This document shows, piece by piece, positions 19,334 to 27,815 of a DNA stretch of 41,773 nucleotides (positions within the stretch are counted from its first letter, which is position 1; each line of letters begins with the position of its first letter). This DNA comes from Bacteroidota bacterium. GTDB taxonomy: Bacteria; Bacteroidota; Ignavibacteria; Palsa-1295. The stretch spans positions 1 through 41,773 of the forward strand of contig JANYDV010000211.1 in the NCBI GenBank assembly GCA_025363505.1, written 5' to 3'. The notes under the pieces are model-generated. The model had not been told where the DNA came from. It saw nothing but the letters and a program-made list of their open reading frames with translations, and made no database searches. A program made the translations under genes and the position numbers.

Positions 19334-21328
19334 TTATTTGATCGAACGTCGTAGCTGTTCGATTTGAGCAAATCGTTCATTAGTCGAAAATGCCGCGTTT
19401 TTATCACGTTCTTGAAGGCTTTCAGGATTCACCGTGAGATCTGGTTTCAAACGCAACGCGAGATCGAGCCATTGTTTTGCTTCAGTAGAATTCCCATGCT
19501 GAAGCAAATATTGGGCTCGTGATGCTAATGAAGTTGCTTGAAGCATTCGAGCATTGTCGGTATAATAATTTCTGACCCGATAGTGAGCATCATTCCATTG
19601 GATCGTTGCAGGTGGCGCATCAAAAACAGAATCTTTTTCGAGCAATCGGAAGACAATACCTGCCGGAATTGGTTTGTATGCCGGTGCGAAAAGTGGATCG
19701 TGATCTTGCAACATTTCCGGGGCGATGAAGATCGGGCGATCAGAGTTTTTTCTGATCAAGGCATCAGTCAGTTTCGTATATGTTTCGGCGATGGCTTGTT
19801 GGTCGAACGGTTCGCCACGGTCAAAGTGAAGAAGATGCGGCATAAAGGCATTCACTTCTGTTGCAACTCGACTCATCACTTCGGGGTCGCGTTGTTGTAG
19901 ATAGCTATAATACCAAGGACGATCCCTGAGCATTGCCGCATCAATCACCAATACATCGGGTCTGATGTGTTCGACGAGTTGATAATAGAACGCCCCACTG
20001 AGCCAAAAATCCCATGCGGTCGAGAACACAATTGCATGAGGCGGTAAATTTTTCAAGACATTCATTGCATAATCTTCGACCATATAGTTGCCACTTTCAT
20101 CAACGTGTGTATAGTTGGCAACACCTTCAAATATCGCGAACAATACCGCGAGAATGAGCGCAATCTGGGTTACACTTTCTTTCCATCGCTCTTTGAGCCA
20201 TTGTGTCAGTTGCGCTCCCGCGAATGAGATCATCAGAATGCAAGCAAGATAGGCAATTAAGAAATAAGGATCGATCTCAAGAATATCAAAATTAATTGAG
20301 TAGAACAAACATCCAAAAAAGAGCAGGAGCACAAAAATGAGCAAATGAATATGCTTCTTGTTATTATTGACAAGCAGTGCATATAAGCCTATTAAGATTA
20401 GTACAAAACCCACAAGTGAAAATTCTGTCGGGAATTCATGCCAAAAATAAGGCCAATTCTTTGCAGGAGCCTCGGCGGTAAACATCCATATTTTATATTG
20501 CCCGCCACTAAAATGCTTAAAGAAAGACGAAAGATTGGTCGGATGCCCCCAATCCATAAGAGGAAATTGCGAGGACCGAATTGGAAAATATAAATAGGGC
20601 AACAGTCCGAGCGCAAATGCAGGAATGAATCGAAATACTTTTTTTAGCGAATAAGTATTCAGACCCGAAATCGCAAAAAACAAATACAAACACGCCGGAG
20701 CGAGGAGTACGGTGGTGAGATGATTAGCAAATGACAGACCAAGAGTCAGTGCAAATAGAAATGAATTTTTTTCGAATGATTGTTTTTCCAATCGGAGCAT
20801 TCTAAAAAAGAATGTCAGAGCAATCGGCACAAGAAAACAATGTAAGGGATAGACTTCAATCGCATTTGATTGTGCCCACCACGTTTCGCTGAATGCGGCG
20901 CTAAGCCCTGCAAAGATGCCGATCGCAACAGACAAATCAGATGGATTTGATAGGTCTGAGACTTCAAGTACCACATTTTTCTTTTTTGTGAGCGGTGTTT
21001 CTGCGCGCTCGAAAGAAAACCAATGCCCGAACATTTCAGCCACGAGATACACCATTGCCGCTGCACCCATTGCTGTAAACAGAGCCGACATCATATTGAG
21101 CCGCACGATCACCCGTATGGCAATCGGTAGATGCGCAAAGAGCCAGCCGATCATCGTAAAGAGCGGATAGCCTGTGGGATGGCAAATACCAAGCGTCGAG
21201 CATGAAGCAGCTAACTCGCCGCCATCAATAAAGGGCACCGAAGGAGCCATCGTCTGCAAATAGACGACGAAAGAAATGATAAAAACAAGAATAGCACCGA
21301 ATAGCGGACGAGAAAACATTTTTTGCAT
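19334..21328 (-). CDS. DUF2723 (TMEM260-like, GT-C-type) polytopic membrane protein with C-terminal TPR
   Basis: 664 aa. N-terminus 'VYLQTMAPSVPFIDGGELAASCSTLGICHPTGYPLF' is typical of DUF2723. It has more than 10 hydrophobic helices. The C-terminal 'GNSTEAKQWLDLALRLKPD' is TPR-like. Confidence 0.8.
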   Translation of the reverse strand: MQKMFSRPLFGAILVFIISFVVYLQTMAPSVPFIDGGELAASCSTLGICHPTGYPLFTMIGWLFAHLPIAIRVIVRLNMMSALFTAMGAAAMVYLVAEMFGHWFSFERAETPLTKKKNVVLEVSDLSNPSDLSVAIGIFAGLSAAFSETWWAQSNAIEVYPLHCFLVPIALTFFFRMLRLEKQSFEKNSFLFALTLGLSFANHLTTVLLAPACLYLFFAISGLNTYSLKKVFRFIPAFALGLLPYLYFPIRSSQFPLMDWGHPTNLSSFFKHFSGGQYKIWMFTAEAPAKNWPYFWHEFPTEFSLVGFVLILIGLYALLVNNNKKHIHLLIFVLLLFFGCLFYSINFDILEIDPYFLIAYLACILMISFAGAQLTQWLKERWKESVTQIALILAVLFAIFEGVANYTHVDESGNYMVEDYAMNVLKNLPPHAIVFSTAWDFWLSGAFYYQLVEHIRPDVLVIDAAMLRDRPWYYSYLQQRDPEVMSRVATEVNAFMPHLLHFDRGEPFDQQAIAETYTKLTDALIRKNSDRPIFIAPEMLQDHDPLFAPAYKPIPAGIVFRLLEKDSVFDAPPATIQWNDAHYRVRNYYTDNARMLQATSLASRAQYLLQHGNSTEAKQWLDLALRLKPDLTVNPESLQERDKNAAFSTNERFAQIEQLRRSIK

Positions 21329-21336
21329 AAGACCAA

Positions 21337-22518
21337 CTATTGTTTCAAAGCCTTTATTGCCAAATATGCCTGCATCGCCGCACCGATTTCAAGCGAACGT
21401 TCGTCAACAGTGAAGTGATCGTTATGAATATCTGCCGTGATGTTTTGATCAAGATTTCTAATGCCGAGACGATAGAATGTCCCCGGTACCTTTTCGAGGT
21501 AATAGGCAAAATCCTCAGCGCCCATTAATCGCTCAGCTTTAAAAACAGCATCACTTCCGAACAAAGCACGAGCTGCCTCTTCGGCAAAAATTGTCTTGTT
21601 CGGATCATTATTCAACACCGGATAGCCTTTGCTGATATAGAGATCATATTCAGCTCCTGCTGAATCACAAATGCCGCGAATAATTTCTTCGATACGGCGA
21701 TGAGCGAATTCACGCCACTCTTTGGTCATCGACCGCAGCGTACCGACAAGCTTGACTTCTTCAGGAATAATATTTGGCGCAAAACCTCCGTGGATCGAGC
21801 CAATAGTAATCACACCCTGACTAAAAGGGTCAAGATTTCGTGAGACCAATGTTTGTAATGAGAGTATCACTTGCGAAGCTGTGACGATCGGGTCGATAGC
21901 GAAATGTGGTCGTGCTCCGTGACCCGATTTCCCGCGAATAGTAATATAGAGTTCATCAGCGCTTGCCATCATTTCTCCGGCACAGAAACCGACGGTTCCG
22001 GCATCATGTTGTGCGATAACGTGGAGACCATAAATTTCATCAACCCCATCAAGAGCGCCCTCATCAATCATAACCGGTGCGCCGCCCGGATTCTTTTCTT
22101 CACTGGGTTGAAATAAGAATCGTATTTCTCCTTCGATCTCCTCTTTTAATTGCGACAAAATCATCGCTGCCCCCAAGCCAATTGCTGTATGTGCATCATG
22201 ACCACAAGCGTGCATCTTGCCTTCGTTCTTCGACGCAAATGGCAAACCGGTTGCTTCGAGTATCGGCAACGCATCCATATCACTTCGGAGGGCAATCGTC
22301 TTGCCGGGCTTTTTGCCTTTGATCGTACCAATGACACCGGTTTTAGCAATACCGGTTTTTACTTCAACACCACACGAGCGCAGTGTCTCGGCAACAAGCG
22401 CCGCTGTTTCGATCTCCTCGAATGCCAGTTCGGGGTTTGCATGAATTTCACGCCGCAACTCGATAATACGAGGATGAAATTGCTTAGCTAATTGTCGTAT
22501 TTGTTCTTCGAGGGTCAT
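21337..22518 (-). CDS. M20D-family amidohydrolase (N-acyl-amino-acid / hippurate hydrolase-like)
   Basis: 393 aa. Motifs 'RREIHANPELAFEE', 'LRSDMDALP', 'MHACGHDAH'. Confidence 0.85.
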   Translation of the reverse strand: MTLEEQIRQLAKQFHPRIIELRREIHANPELAFEEIETAALVAETLRSCGVEVKTGIAKTGVIGTIKGKKPGKTIALRSDMDALPILEATGLPFASKNEGKMHACGHDAHTAIGLGAAMILSQLKEEIEGEIRFLFQPSEEKNPGGAPVMIDEGALDGVDEIYGLHVIAQHDAGTVGFCAGEMMASADELYITIRGKSGHGARPHFAIDPIVTASQVILSLQTLVSRNLDPFSQGVITIGSIHGGFAPNIIPEEVKLVGTLRSMTKEWREFAHRRIEEIIRGICDSAGAEYDLYISKGYPVLNNDPNKTIFAEEAARALFGSDAVFKAERLMGAEDFAYYLEKVPGTFYRLGIRNLDQNITADIHNDHFTVDERSLEIGAAMQAYLAIKALKQ

Positions 22519-22527
22519 AGACTACAC

Positions 22528-23463
22528 TTATTTTTTTCTGATCACAAAACGCACCTGAGGCGGTTGTGATTGCAATACTTCTATTCCTTTTGGTGCGTCA
22601 ATCTGTGGCGCCAGCATTGAAATCGAATCAAATTTGATCGCATCATAGACAATCTTCGCCTTGATTGCATCGCGGGTGAGCTTGGCTAATTGATCAACTC
22701 CACCTCTGACAACAACCGATATCGTTGCCGGATCGAGAAACAATTCACGATCACCCGGCATTGCCTCGACCGAGACAGGAATATCGGTAAAAATTCTCTC
22801 AGCGACTGCTTCGATTATTACCCGGACCGAAACGGAATTGACCGAGCGCGAAGTAAGCACCTCAGCAAGTGTATCACTGAGTTCAAGGGTTTGCGTAAAA
22901 CTCTCATGGGCGCCGCGTGAGCGCAGAAGTTTGGTTGGGTATGATCGGATCGAATCAATAAGAATATTCGACCCATGAAGGGTGACGGTCGAGGGAGTGA
23001 TTACCGGATCACCAACGATGACATACCCCGATGCCGGTTGAATGTCGGTGCGAAGCTCAATAGCCACTCGGCGGATGCTTTCGCGTGAGAATTGTACCCC
23101 GAGCGAATCCGGCTCCATCTTGATGAGCTTTACATCACTGGGCAATGATGAGTTTGTAAGCAATTCATCTTTGGTGATATAGAATGTCGAAAGAAATTCT
23201 TTTGAATTGCGTTCCGAAAGATCGAGTTTGAGTTTGGAGTTACCGGTAGCATTGACCATTAACAACCTCCATCCGGGACCGGAAAGCCGTACGTGAATTT
23301 TTTCGGGTAAGGGATTTGAGATCGCAAAACCAGTCGGTGTTTTAATAACTAACGGGAGATCGACATCAACATCATAGGTACCCGACAAATGAACGTAAGC
23401 CCATAGCACTACTGCAAAAAAGATCGCTGCGATGAGTACTCCGATCCTTCTTGCCAATCCCAC
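22528..23463 (-). CDS. YbbR-like (CdaR-like) repeat protein
   Basis: 311 aa. N-terminal anchor 'IGVLIAAIFFAVVLWAY', followed by 3-4 repeated beta-rich modules of about 85 aa ('VTLHGSNILIDSI', 'ISVVVRGGVDQLAKL'). No diadenylate cyclase gene is adjacent. Confidence 0.7.
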   Translation of the reverse strand: MGLARRIGVLIAAIFFAVVLWAYVHLSGTYDVDVDLPLVIKTPTGFAISNPLPEKIHVRLSGPGWRLLMVNATGNSKLKLDLSERNSKEFLSTFYITKDELLTNSSLPSDVKLIKMEPDSLGVQFSRESIRRVAIELRTDIQPASGYVIVGDPVITPSTVTLHGSNILIDSIRSYPTKLLRSRGAHESFTQTLELSDTLAEVLTSRSVNSVSVRVIIEAVAERIFTDIPVSVEAMPGDRELFLDPATISVVVRGGVDQLAKLTRDAIKAKIVYDAIKFDSISMLAPQIDAPKGIEVLQSQPPQVRFVIRKK

Positions 23464-23497
23464 AGGTAATTAAATTCTTGGAAAAAATTATATAATG

Positions 23498-24070
23498 TTA
23501 ACTGGGAAGCAGTTGCTGCGAGCCGTAGAGTATTGCCGAGCTTCCGGGCATGAGTGCCCCGATGCTTTCGAGCAATGCAATGAGTTGGGGGCGGTTTGCT
23601 TTCGAGATCAAACGACCTTTCAGCGGAAAATCTTCGACCGAACGCGCATAACGTCGAATCTCGTGCACGTTCCAAGAATTAATTTGTGTAATATCTAATT
23701 CTTCAGCTGATCGGACACGCTGTTTCGCTTTTTGCTCGGGTGTTCGAATCGTTGGCGTGTGGCGTGTGACTTCTGAGATCTTTAAAGATTTCAGAAGTAA
23801 ATGTAATGCTTGCAGATCGGGTTTGGCAAAGAAGACAACGTCGGCTACTCCTTGCAATGCTGTTATATGGGTACTGGCATGTTGTACTTCGGCAAGACCT
23901 CCGGCAATAACAATGGTCGTAGCACCGACAGCATTCGTTTCGGCAACGCCGACGATGCGTGCACGAGTTTCGTTGCCAAGCGTCTGAAGCAACCGAGCAA
24001 GGTTGATTCCGCCGCTGACTTCGATCACCGCTGCGCTTTCTTCGTTCGTGATATGTGTAGAATTTACCAT
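23498..24070 (-). CDS. Hypothetical protein: beta-alpha-beta-beta-alpha-beta (BMC-/ACT-like) N-domain + basic linker + HeH/Rho_N-like C-terminal motif
   Basis: The ORF track gives 23498-24145, starting at a TTG. I prefer the ATG at 24070. That ATG is preceded by GGAG (minus strand ...GGATTGGAGTAAAATG) and by a TAtgTTTG box 19 nt upstream. No recognisable family (see findings). Confidence 0.5.
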   Translation of the reverse strand: MVNSTHITNEESAAVIEVSGGINLARLLQTLGNETRARIVGVAETNAVGATTIVIAGGLAEVQHASTHITALQGVADVVFFAKPDLQALHLLLKSLKISEVTRHTPTIRTPEQKAKQRVRSAEELDITQINSWNVHEIRRYARSVEDFPLKGRLISKANRPQLIALLESIGALMPGSSAILYGSQQLLPS

Positions 24071-24089
24071 TTTACTCCAATCCTCTATA

Positions 24090-24097
24090 CAAACATA
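24090..24097 (-). promoter_or_regulatory. Candidate Bacteroidetes-type -7 promoter box (TATGTTTG = TAnnTTTG)
   Basis: The minus strand reads TATGTTTG 19 nt upstream of the ATG at 24070. There is no well-spaced -33 TTTG, and the phylum assignment is only inferred. Confidence 0.25.
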
Positions 24098-24168
24098 GCA
24101 CTTTTCCACAAAAATTCCAAGTTTATCACTTTGGATTGCCGCCAAAACGGGATGATAAAAGGCTGTAA

Positions 24169-26382
24169 TTAATTTATTTTCCTGAAGTTACCGCTATAAT
24201 GGTTATGCCCAACAACTACTCTTAGATAATATGTACCGGGGGGCAAGGCATCGACTCGGCAACGAAGAGAGCCGCCAATCATATCAGACTGCTCCCGCAG
24301 TAATTCCCGACCAAGTACATCAAAGACTAACACTTCACTTTTGCCGGAAGCTTCGGGAAGTGTTAGTTGGAGCACACCCCCATGTATGGGGTCAGGCGAA
24401 ATAATAAGTTTGTCATTTGCTGAAACAGACGGCGAAACGCCCGTGCTCCAGCCAACAGAAATATGCGCAAGAAAATTATTTTCTGTGGTTGTACAAAAAC
24501 GATACGATCCGTCTGTGGTACGAATCGTGATATTATTTAAAGTAACGAATGTCCCATACGGCTGAGAGAAATAGGTATCGAAGCGCAACATTCCGAGATC
24601 AACAACTTTCGAGAGCTTCTGCTGTGCAGTATTTGTGATTGTAATGGTGATCGAATCAGTGCCGACCAAAGAATTCTTGAATGTCCATCCCGTGGGCGGA
24701 GTATATCGCTGTGCGACTTTGCTCGGCGTGAGATCAAGGATATTAGAATTATAAGAAATGCTAAATGTAAGTTCGGTAACAGGGAGCGAGTCAAGCCGAA
24801 ATTGCGATGAAGAACTGAGTATCACCTTCAGTGGAATTTGCACAATGGTATCAGCGGGGACAGTCGCATTAAATACAGAAAAATTCTGCGCATACCCGAT
24901 GCCACTGCTGAGCGGCTTTTCGATAGTACGCACTATTCCGGAATCCTGATCGACGACAACCAACTCATTCATCCGCACATTTTTAATAACCTGCCTGCCT
25001 CCCGGCTGCCAAATCACCACCAAAGAATCAATCACACTCCCCGAACTACAATCAGCAGGTCCAAACCCAAAATGCGCCAGAGCGGGATAATATCCATAAT
25101 TGCCTTGATTATAGGCAATTTCTCTATATTGCGGTGTTCCGTGAACGTAAGAAATAACTTTTGAACCTAACCCTTGATAATTCGCCTTGTGTCCTCTTAG
25201 CGTCACATTCAACCATTGATTCGCATTACCTTTGTTGTGCCAAAGTTTTGTATCACCAATAGAACAATGGAGTATATCCATAAAACCATCATTGTCATAA
25301 TCTGCGAGTGATATATTTTGTAATCCTCCTGTCGGAGGGGTGTTGATTGGCAAAATATCAAGATGAAATCCGTTATTACTTCCATACCATATTTCAGACC
25401 GAATTTCCGTATTGAGAATAATGATGTCAAGCCAACCATCGTTATCAAAGTCACAAAAGAAAATTGAATGATGATACCCCTCTTTAGCACTATCCAATTT
25501 CATTTCAGAAGTCCAATCTGAAAATGATGTGCCTTTCAAGTTATGAAACAAGTAGAATTTATTAGGGTAATGAGTAATGAGATCGGGGTAACCATCATTA
25601 TCGACGTCCCCAAACGCAGCCGCACCAGGATAATCTTGAGAATTTCTTACCTTAGAGAGGAAATCAACATTAAGACCAACATACCCCTTTCCGGTATTAA
25701 CAAAAATAGAATCAATCCCGAGAGCATTCCCAAACATATAGTCAGGGAGATTATCATTATTTATATCAGTTTCTAGAATTTCATCCCCAATACCGAAATT
25801 CTTAAATGGAACAACCTCTGTAAATAGTGAACCTGTGCCATTATTATGATACGTATGCGAACCTGATCGTGACTGAGTATTTACAAGAAGATCAAGATTT
25901 CCATCAAGATCAAAATCAGAGAAAATAGCACCAGTTGAATATATTCCCGGGTTAGTAAAGATATTACTAACGTCAGAAAATGTCAGATTACCATTATTTT
26001 TCCAAATTCTATTGTCCCTCCTATTAAAATGACTTTCATACAAGTCCGGAAATCCGTCGTTATTGTAGTCACCCCAACATAGCTGACCTGTATATCGTGG
26101 TAGTGCGCCATTGAATACAGAAGGATCTAATAACAAGAAAGTACCATCGCGTAGATTATGATATAATTGATTATATTCATCGTCATGATCGTTTCCGTGT
26201 GCAATATACAAATCAAAATAATCATCACCATCGACATCGACCCATATAGAAGAAAAGGAATAGTCGTCAGTGGTAGGAGTTGTAATTTTGCTTGGAGGGG
26301 TCACATCTTCAAAATTAATTTGAGCTGATGTCTTAACTCCATAAAACAAAAGAATAGCTGAAAAAAGGAGAATCCGTTTCAT
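24169..26382 (-). CDS. FG-GAP/VCBS-repeat + ASPIC/UnbV (CRTAC1-like) secreted protein with T9SS C-terminal sorting domain
   Basis: 737 aa. Signal peptide 'MKRILLFSAILLFYGVKTSAQ'. Repeated 'D.D.DG..D' calcium-binding-like FG-GAP motifs ('VDVDGDDYFDL', 'GDYNNDGFPDL', 'FDLDGNLDL', 'GDVDNDGYPDL', 'CDFDNDGWLDI', 'ADYDNDGFMDI'). UnbV_ASPIC-like 'NQWLNVTLRG...GLGSKV'. C-terminal sorting domain of about 80 aa: 'LQLTLPEASGKSEVLVFDVLGRELL...LPPGTYYLRVV'. Confidence 0.85.
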   Translation of the reverse strand: MKRILLFSAILLFYGVKTSAQINFEDVTPPSKITTPTTDDYSFSSIWVDVDGDDYFDLYIAHGNDHDDEYNQLYHNLRDGTFLLLDPSVFNGALPRYTGQLCWGDYNNDGFPDLYESHFNRRDNRIWKNNGNLTFSDVSNIFTNPGIYSTGAIFSDFDLDGNLDLLVNTQSRSGSHTYHNNGTGSLFTEVVPFKNFGIGDEILETDINNDNLPDYMFGNALGIDSIFVNTGKGYVGLNVDFLSKVRNSQDYPGAAAFGDVDNDGYPDLITHYPNKFYLFHNLKGTSFSDWTSEMKLDSAKEGYHHSIFFCDFDNDGWLDIIILNTEIRSEIWYGSNNGFHLDILPINTPPTGGLQNISLADYDNDGFMDILHCSIGDTKLWHNKGNANQWLNVTLRGHKANYQGLGSKVISYVHGTPQYREIAYNQGNYGYYPALAHFGFGPADCSSGSVIDSLVVIWQPGGRQVIKNVRMNELVVVDQDSGIVRTIEKPLSSGIGYAQNFSVFNATVPADTIVQIPLKVILSSSSQFRLDSLPVTELTFSISYNSNILDLTPSKVAQRYTPPTGWTFKNSLVGTDSITITITNTAQQKLSKVVDLGMLRFDTYFSQPYGTFVTLNNITIRTTDGSYRFCTTTENNFLAHISVGWSTGVSPSVSANDKLIISPDPIHGGVLQLTLPEASGKSEVLVFDVLGRELLREQSDMIGGSLRCRVDALPPGTYYLRVVVGHNHYSGNFRKIN

Positions 26383-26403
26383 AGCCGGGAAATAATGGTA
26401 AAT

Positions 26404-26419
26404 TTGCTTTAGTAAGCAA
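26404..26419. repeat. Inverted repeat TTGCTT-N4-AAGCAA in a divergent intergenic region
   Basis: Read directly as ttgctt tagt aagcaa, between the divergently transcribed FG-GAP gene and the GT-C-like gene. It may be an operator or a small hairpin, and a 6-bp arm could also arise by chance. Confidence 0.25.
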
Positions 26420-26462
26420 TAGCTTTTCTTACGCTTTCGTTCAAAACAACTGAGAATTCTTT

Positions 26463-27815
26463 ATGCATCTCAAAAAAGACTGGGGAAAACTCGCTGCCAA
26501 TCCGCTGTTTTTTTATGCATTGTTATGTGTTCAAATTTTTTTGGTTTTCTTCTTGAATTCCAATCACACAAATCAGCAATATATTTTTTTATACCGCTAT
26601 ATTCCACTTGCAAACAATCTTATTCACGGCAATGGATATACTCTAAATGGTGTCACACCGGCATTCTACCCAATATGGGGTTACTCATTGTTCTGCAGCT
26701 TAGGTCTTACTATAGGTTATCCGATTTTTACCACTCTTTTTCTACAGGGACTTCTGACCCTCGTGGGTGTTCTTACCTTTTATAAAATATCAGAAATTGC
26801 ACCGAAAATTTGGCACTTAATTTTGTTCCTCCCTTTTATTTCCCTAATGTCTGTTAGGTGGCCTGATGCTATTGTTGCGGTATTATTATTAATGTTTTCT
26901 TTTTGTTTTATCAAGTTCTTAGTAAAACCGCAATGGATAGACGCGATATTAGGCGGACTGGTTTGGGGCATTACTCTTAACTTCAGAAGTGAGTATATTT
27001 ATTTTCCCTTCGTTGCTATTGCGATAATAGTTGTATTTTATAGAAAGTATTTAATACGAACAATCACATTTTGTTCTATTACACTCCTTTCATCCATCAT
27101 TTTTATGTTGCCGTGGGCTATTCGATCGGATGCAAATAATGCAGGATTTCGTACAGGAGCTACGAATGGGGGGCTCGTTCTTTTTACTTCACTAGGACAG
27201 CTTCCTCATAATCCTTGGGATATAACTCCAACAGATCAGTATGGTGAAGAAGTGGTAAAGTCACATGGCATTAACGATCCTTATTCTCCGCAAGGCGATT
27301 CAGTCCTTGTAAAGGCATTTGTTGAAGATATCTATTCTAAGCCGATTAGTTTTGCAGAAAAAGTAGGATATAACTTTGCTTCAATTTTTCTACGAGGTCT
27401 TTATGTTGGAGAGTATTCAAGATTTTTTATGGAGAATAATGTTCGGGACTCAACGGAATCATCTATCAAAGAAATAAACGGAATTTCTAATAAAGCAATC
27501 TATCTAAAGGATTTGGATGCTTCGATATCTCTCCCATATCTCTTCGAAAAAATCATCCAGTTCCTCTTTATAATATTTTTTTCGTATATACTACTATCGA
27601 CGATCATTGCGTTCTTCAGGAATATCTCCACCGTAAATTCAGGATATATATTACCACTATATATATTAGTCATCTATAAAATAGTACTTGTAAGCTTCAT
27701 TCAATATGAACCACGTCACATGAACTCAATTTATATGCTTGTTTTGATACTATTTCTTGTGAATAAATATAAGAAGACGGAGAAATTTACTTCCCACGTC
27801 CCACCATTTGTTTGA
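26463..27815 (+). CDS. Polytopic membrane protein, GT-C (ArnT/PMT, GT39/GT83-like) glycosyltransferase candidate
   Basis: 450 aa with about 10-12 hydrophobic helices. The N-terminal loop 'YRYIPLANNLIHGNGYTLNGVTPAFYPIWGY' resembles the ArnT/PMT first-loop region '..Y..lA.nl..G.Gy...g.pt...pPlyp'. The gene is strikingly AT-rich. Its 3' end overlaps the convergent flippase gene by 29 nt. Confidence 0.6.
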   Translation: MHLKKDWGKLAANPLFFYALLCVQIFLVFFLNSNHTNQQYIFLYRYIPLANNLIHGNGYTLNGVTPAFYPIWGYSLFCSLGLTIGYPIFTTLFLQGLLTLVGVLTFYKISEIAPKIWHLILFLPFISLMSVRWPDAIVAVLLLMFSFCFIKFLVKPQWIDAILGGLVWGITLNFRSEYIYFPFVAIAIIVVFYRKYLIRTITFCSITLLSSIIFMLPWAIRSDANNAGFRTGATNGGLVLFTSLGQLPHNPWDITPTDQYGEEVVKSHGINDPYSPQGDSVLVKAFVEDIYSKPISFAEKVGYNFASIFLRGLYVGEYSRFFMENNVRDSTESSIKEINGISNKAIYLKDLDASISLPYLFEKIIQFLFIIFFSYILLSTIIAFFRNISTVNSGYILPLYILVIYKIVLVSFIQYEPRHMNSIYMLVLILFLVNKYKKTEKFTSHVPPFV

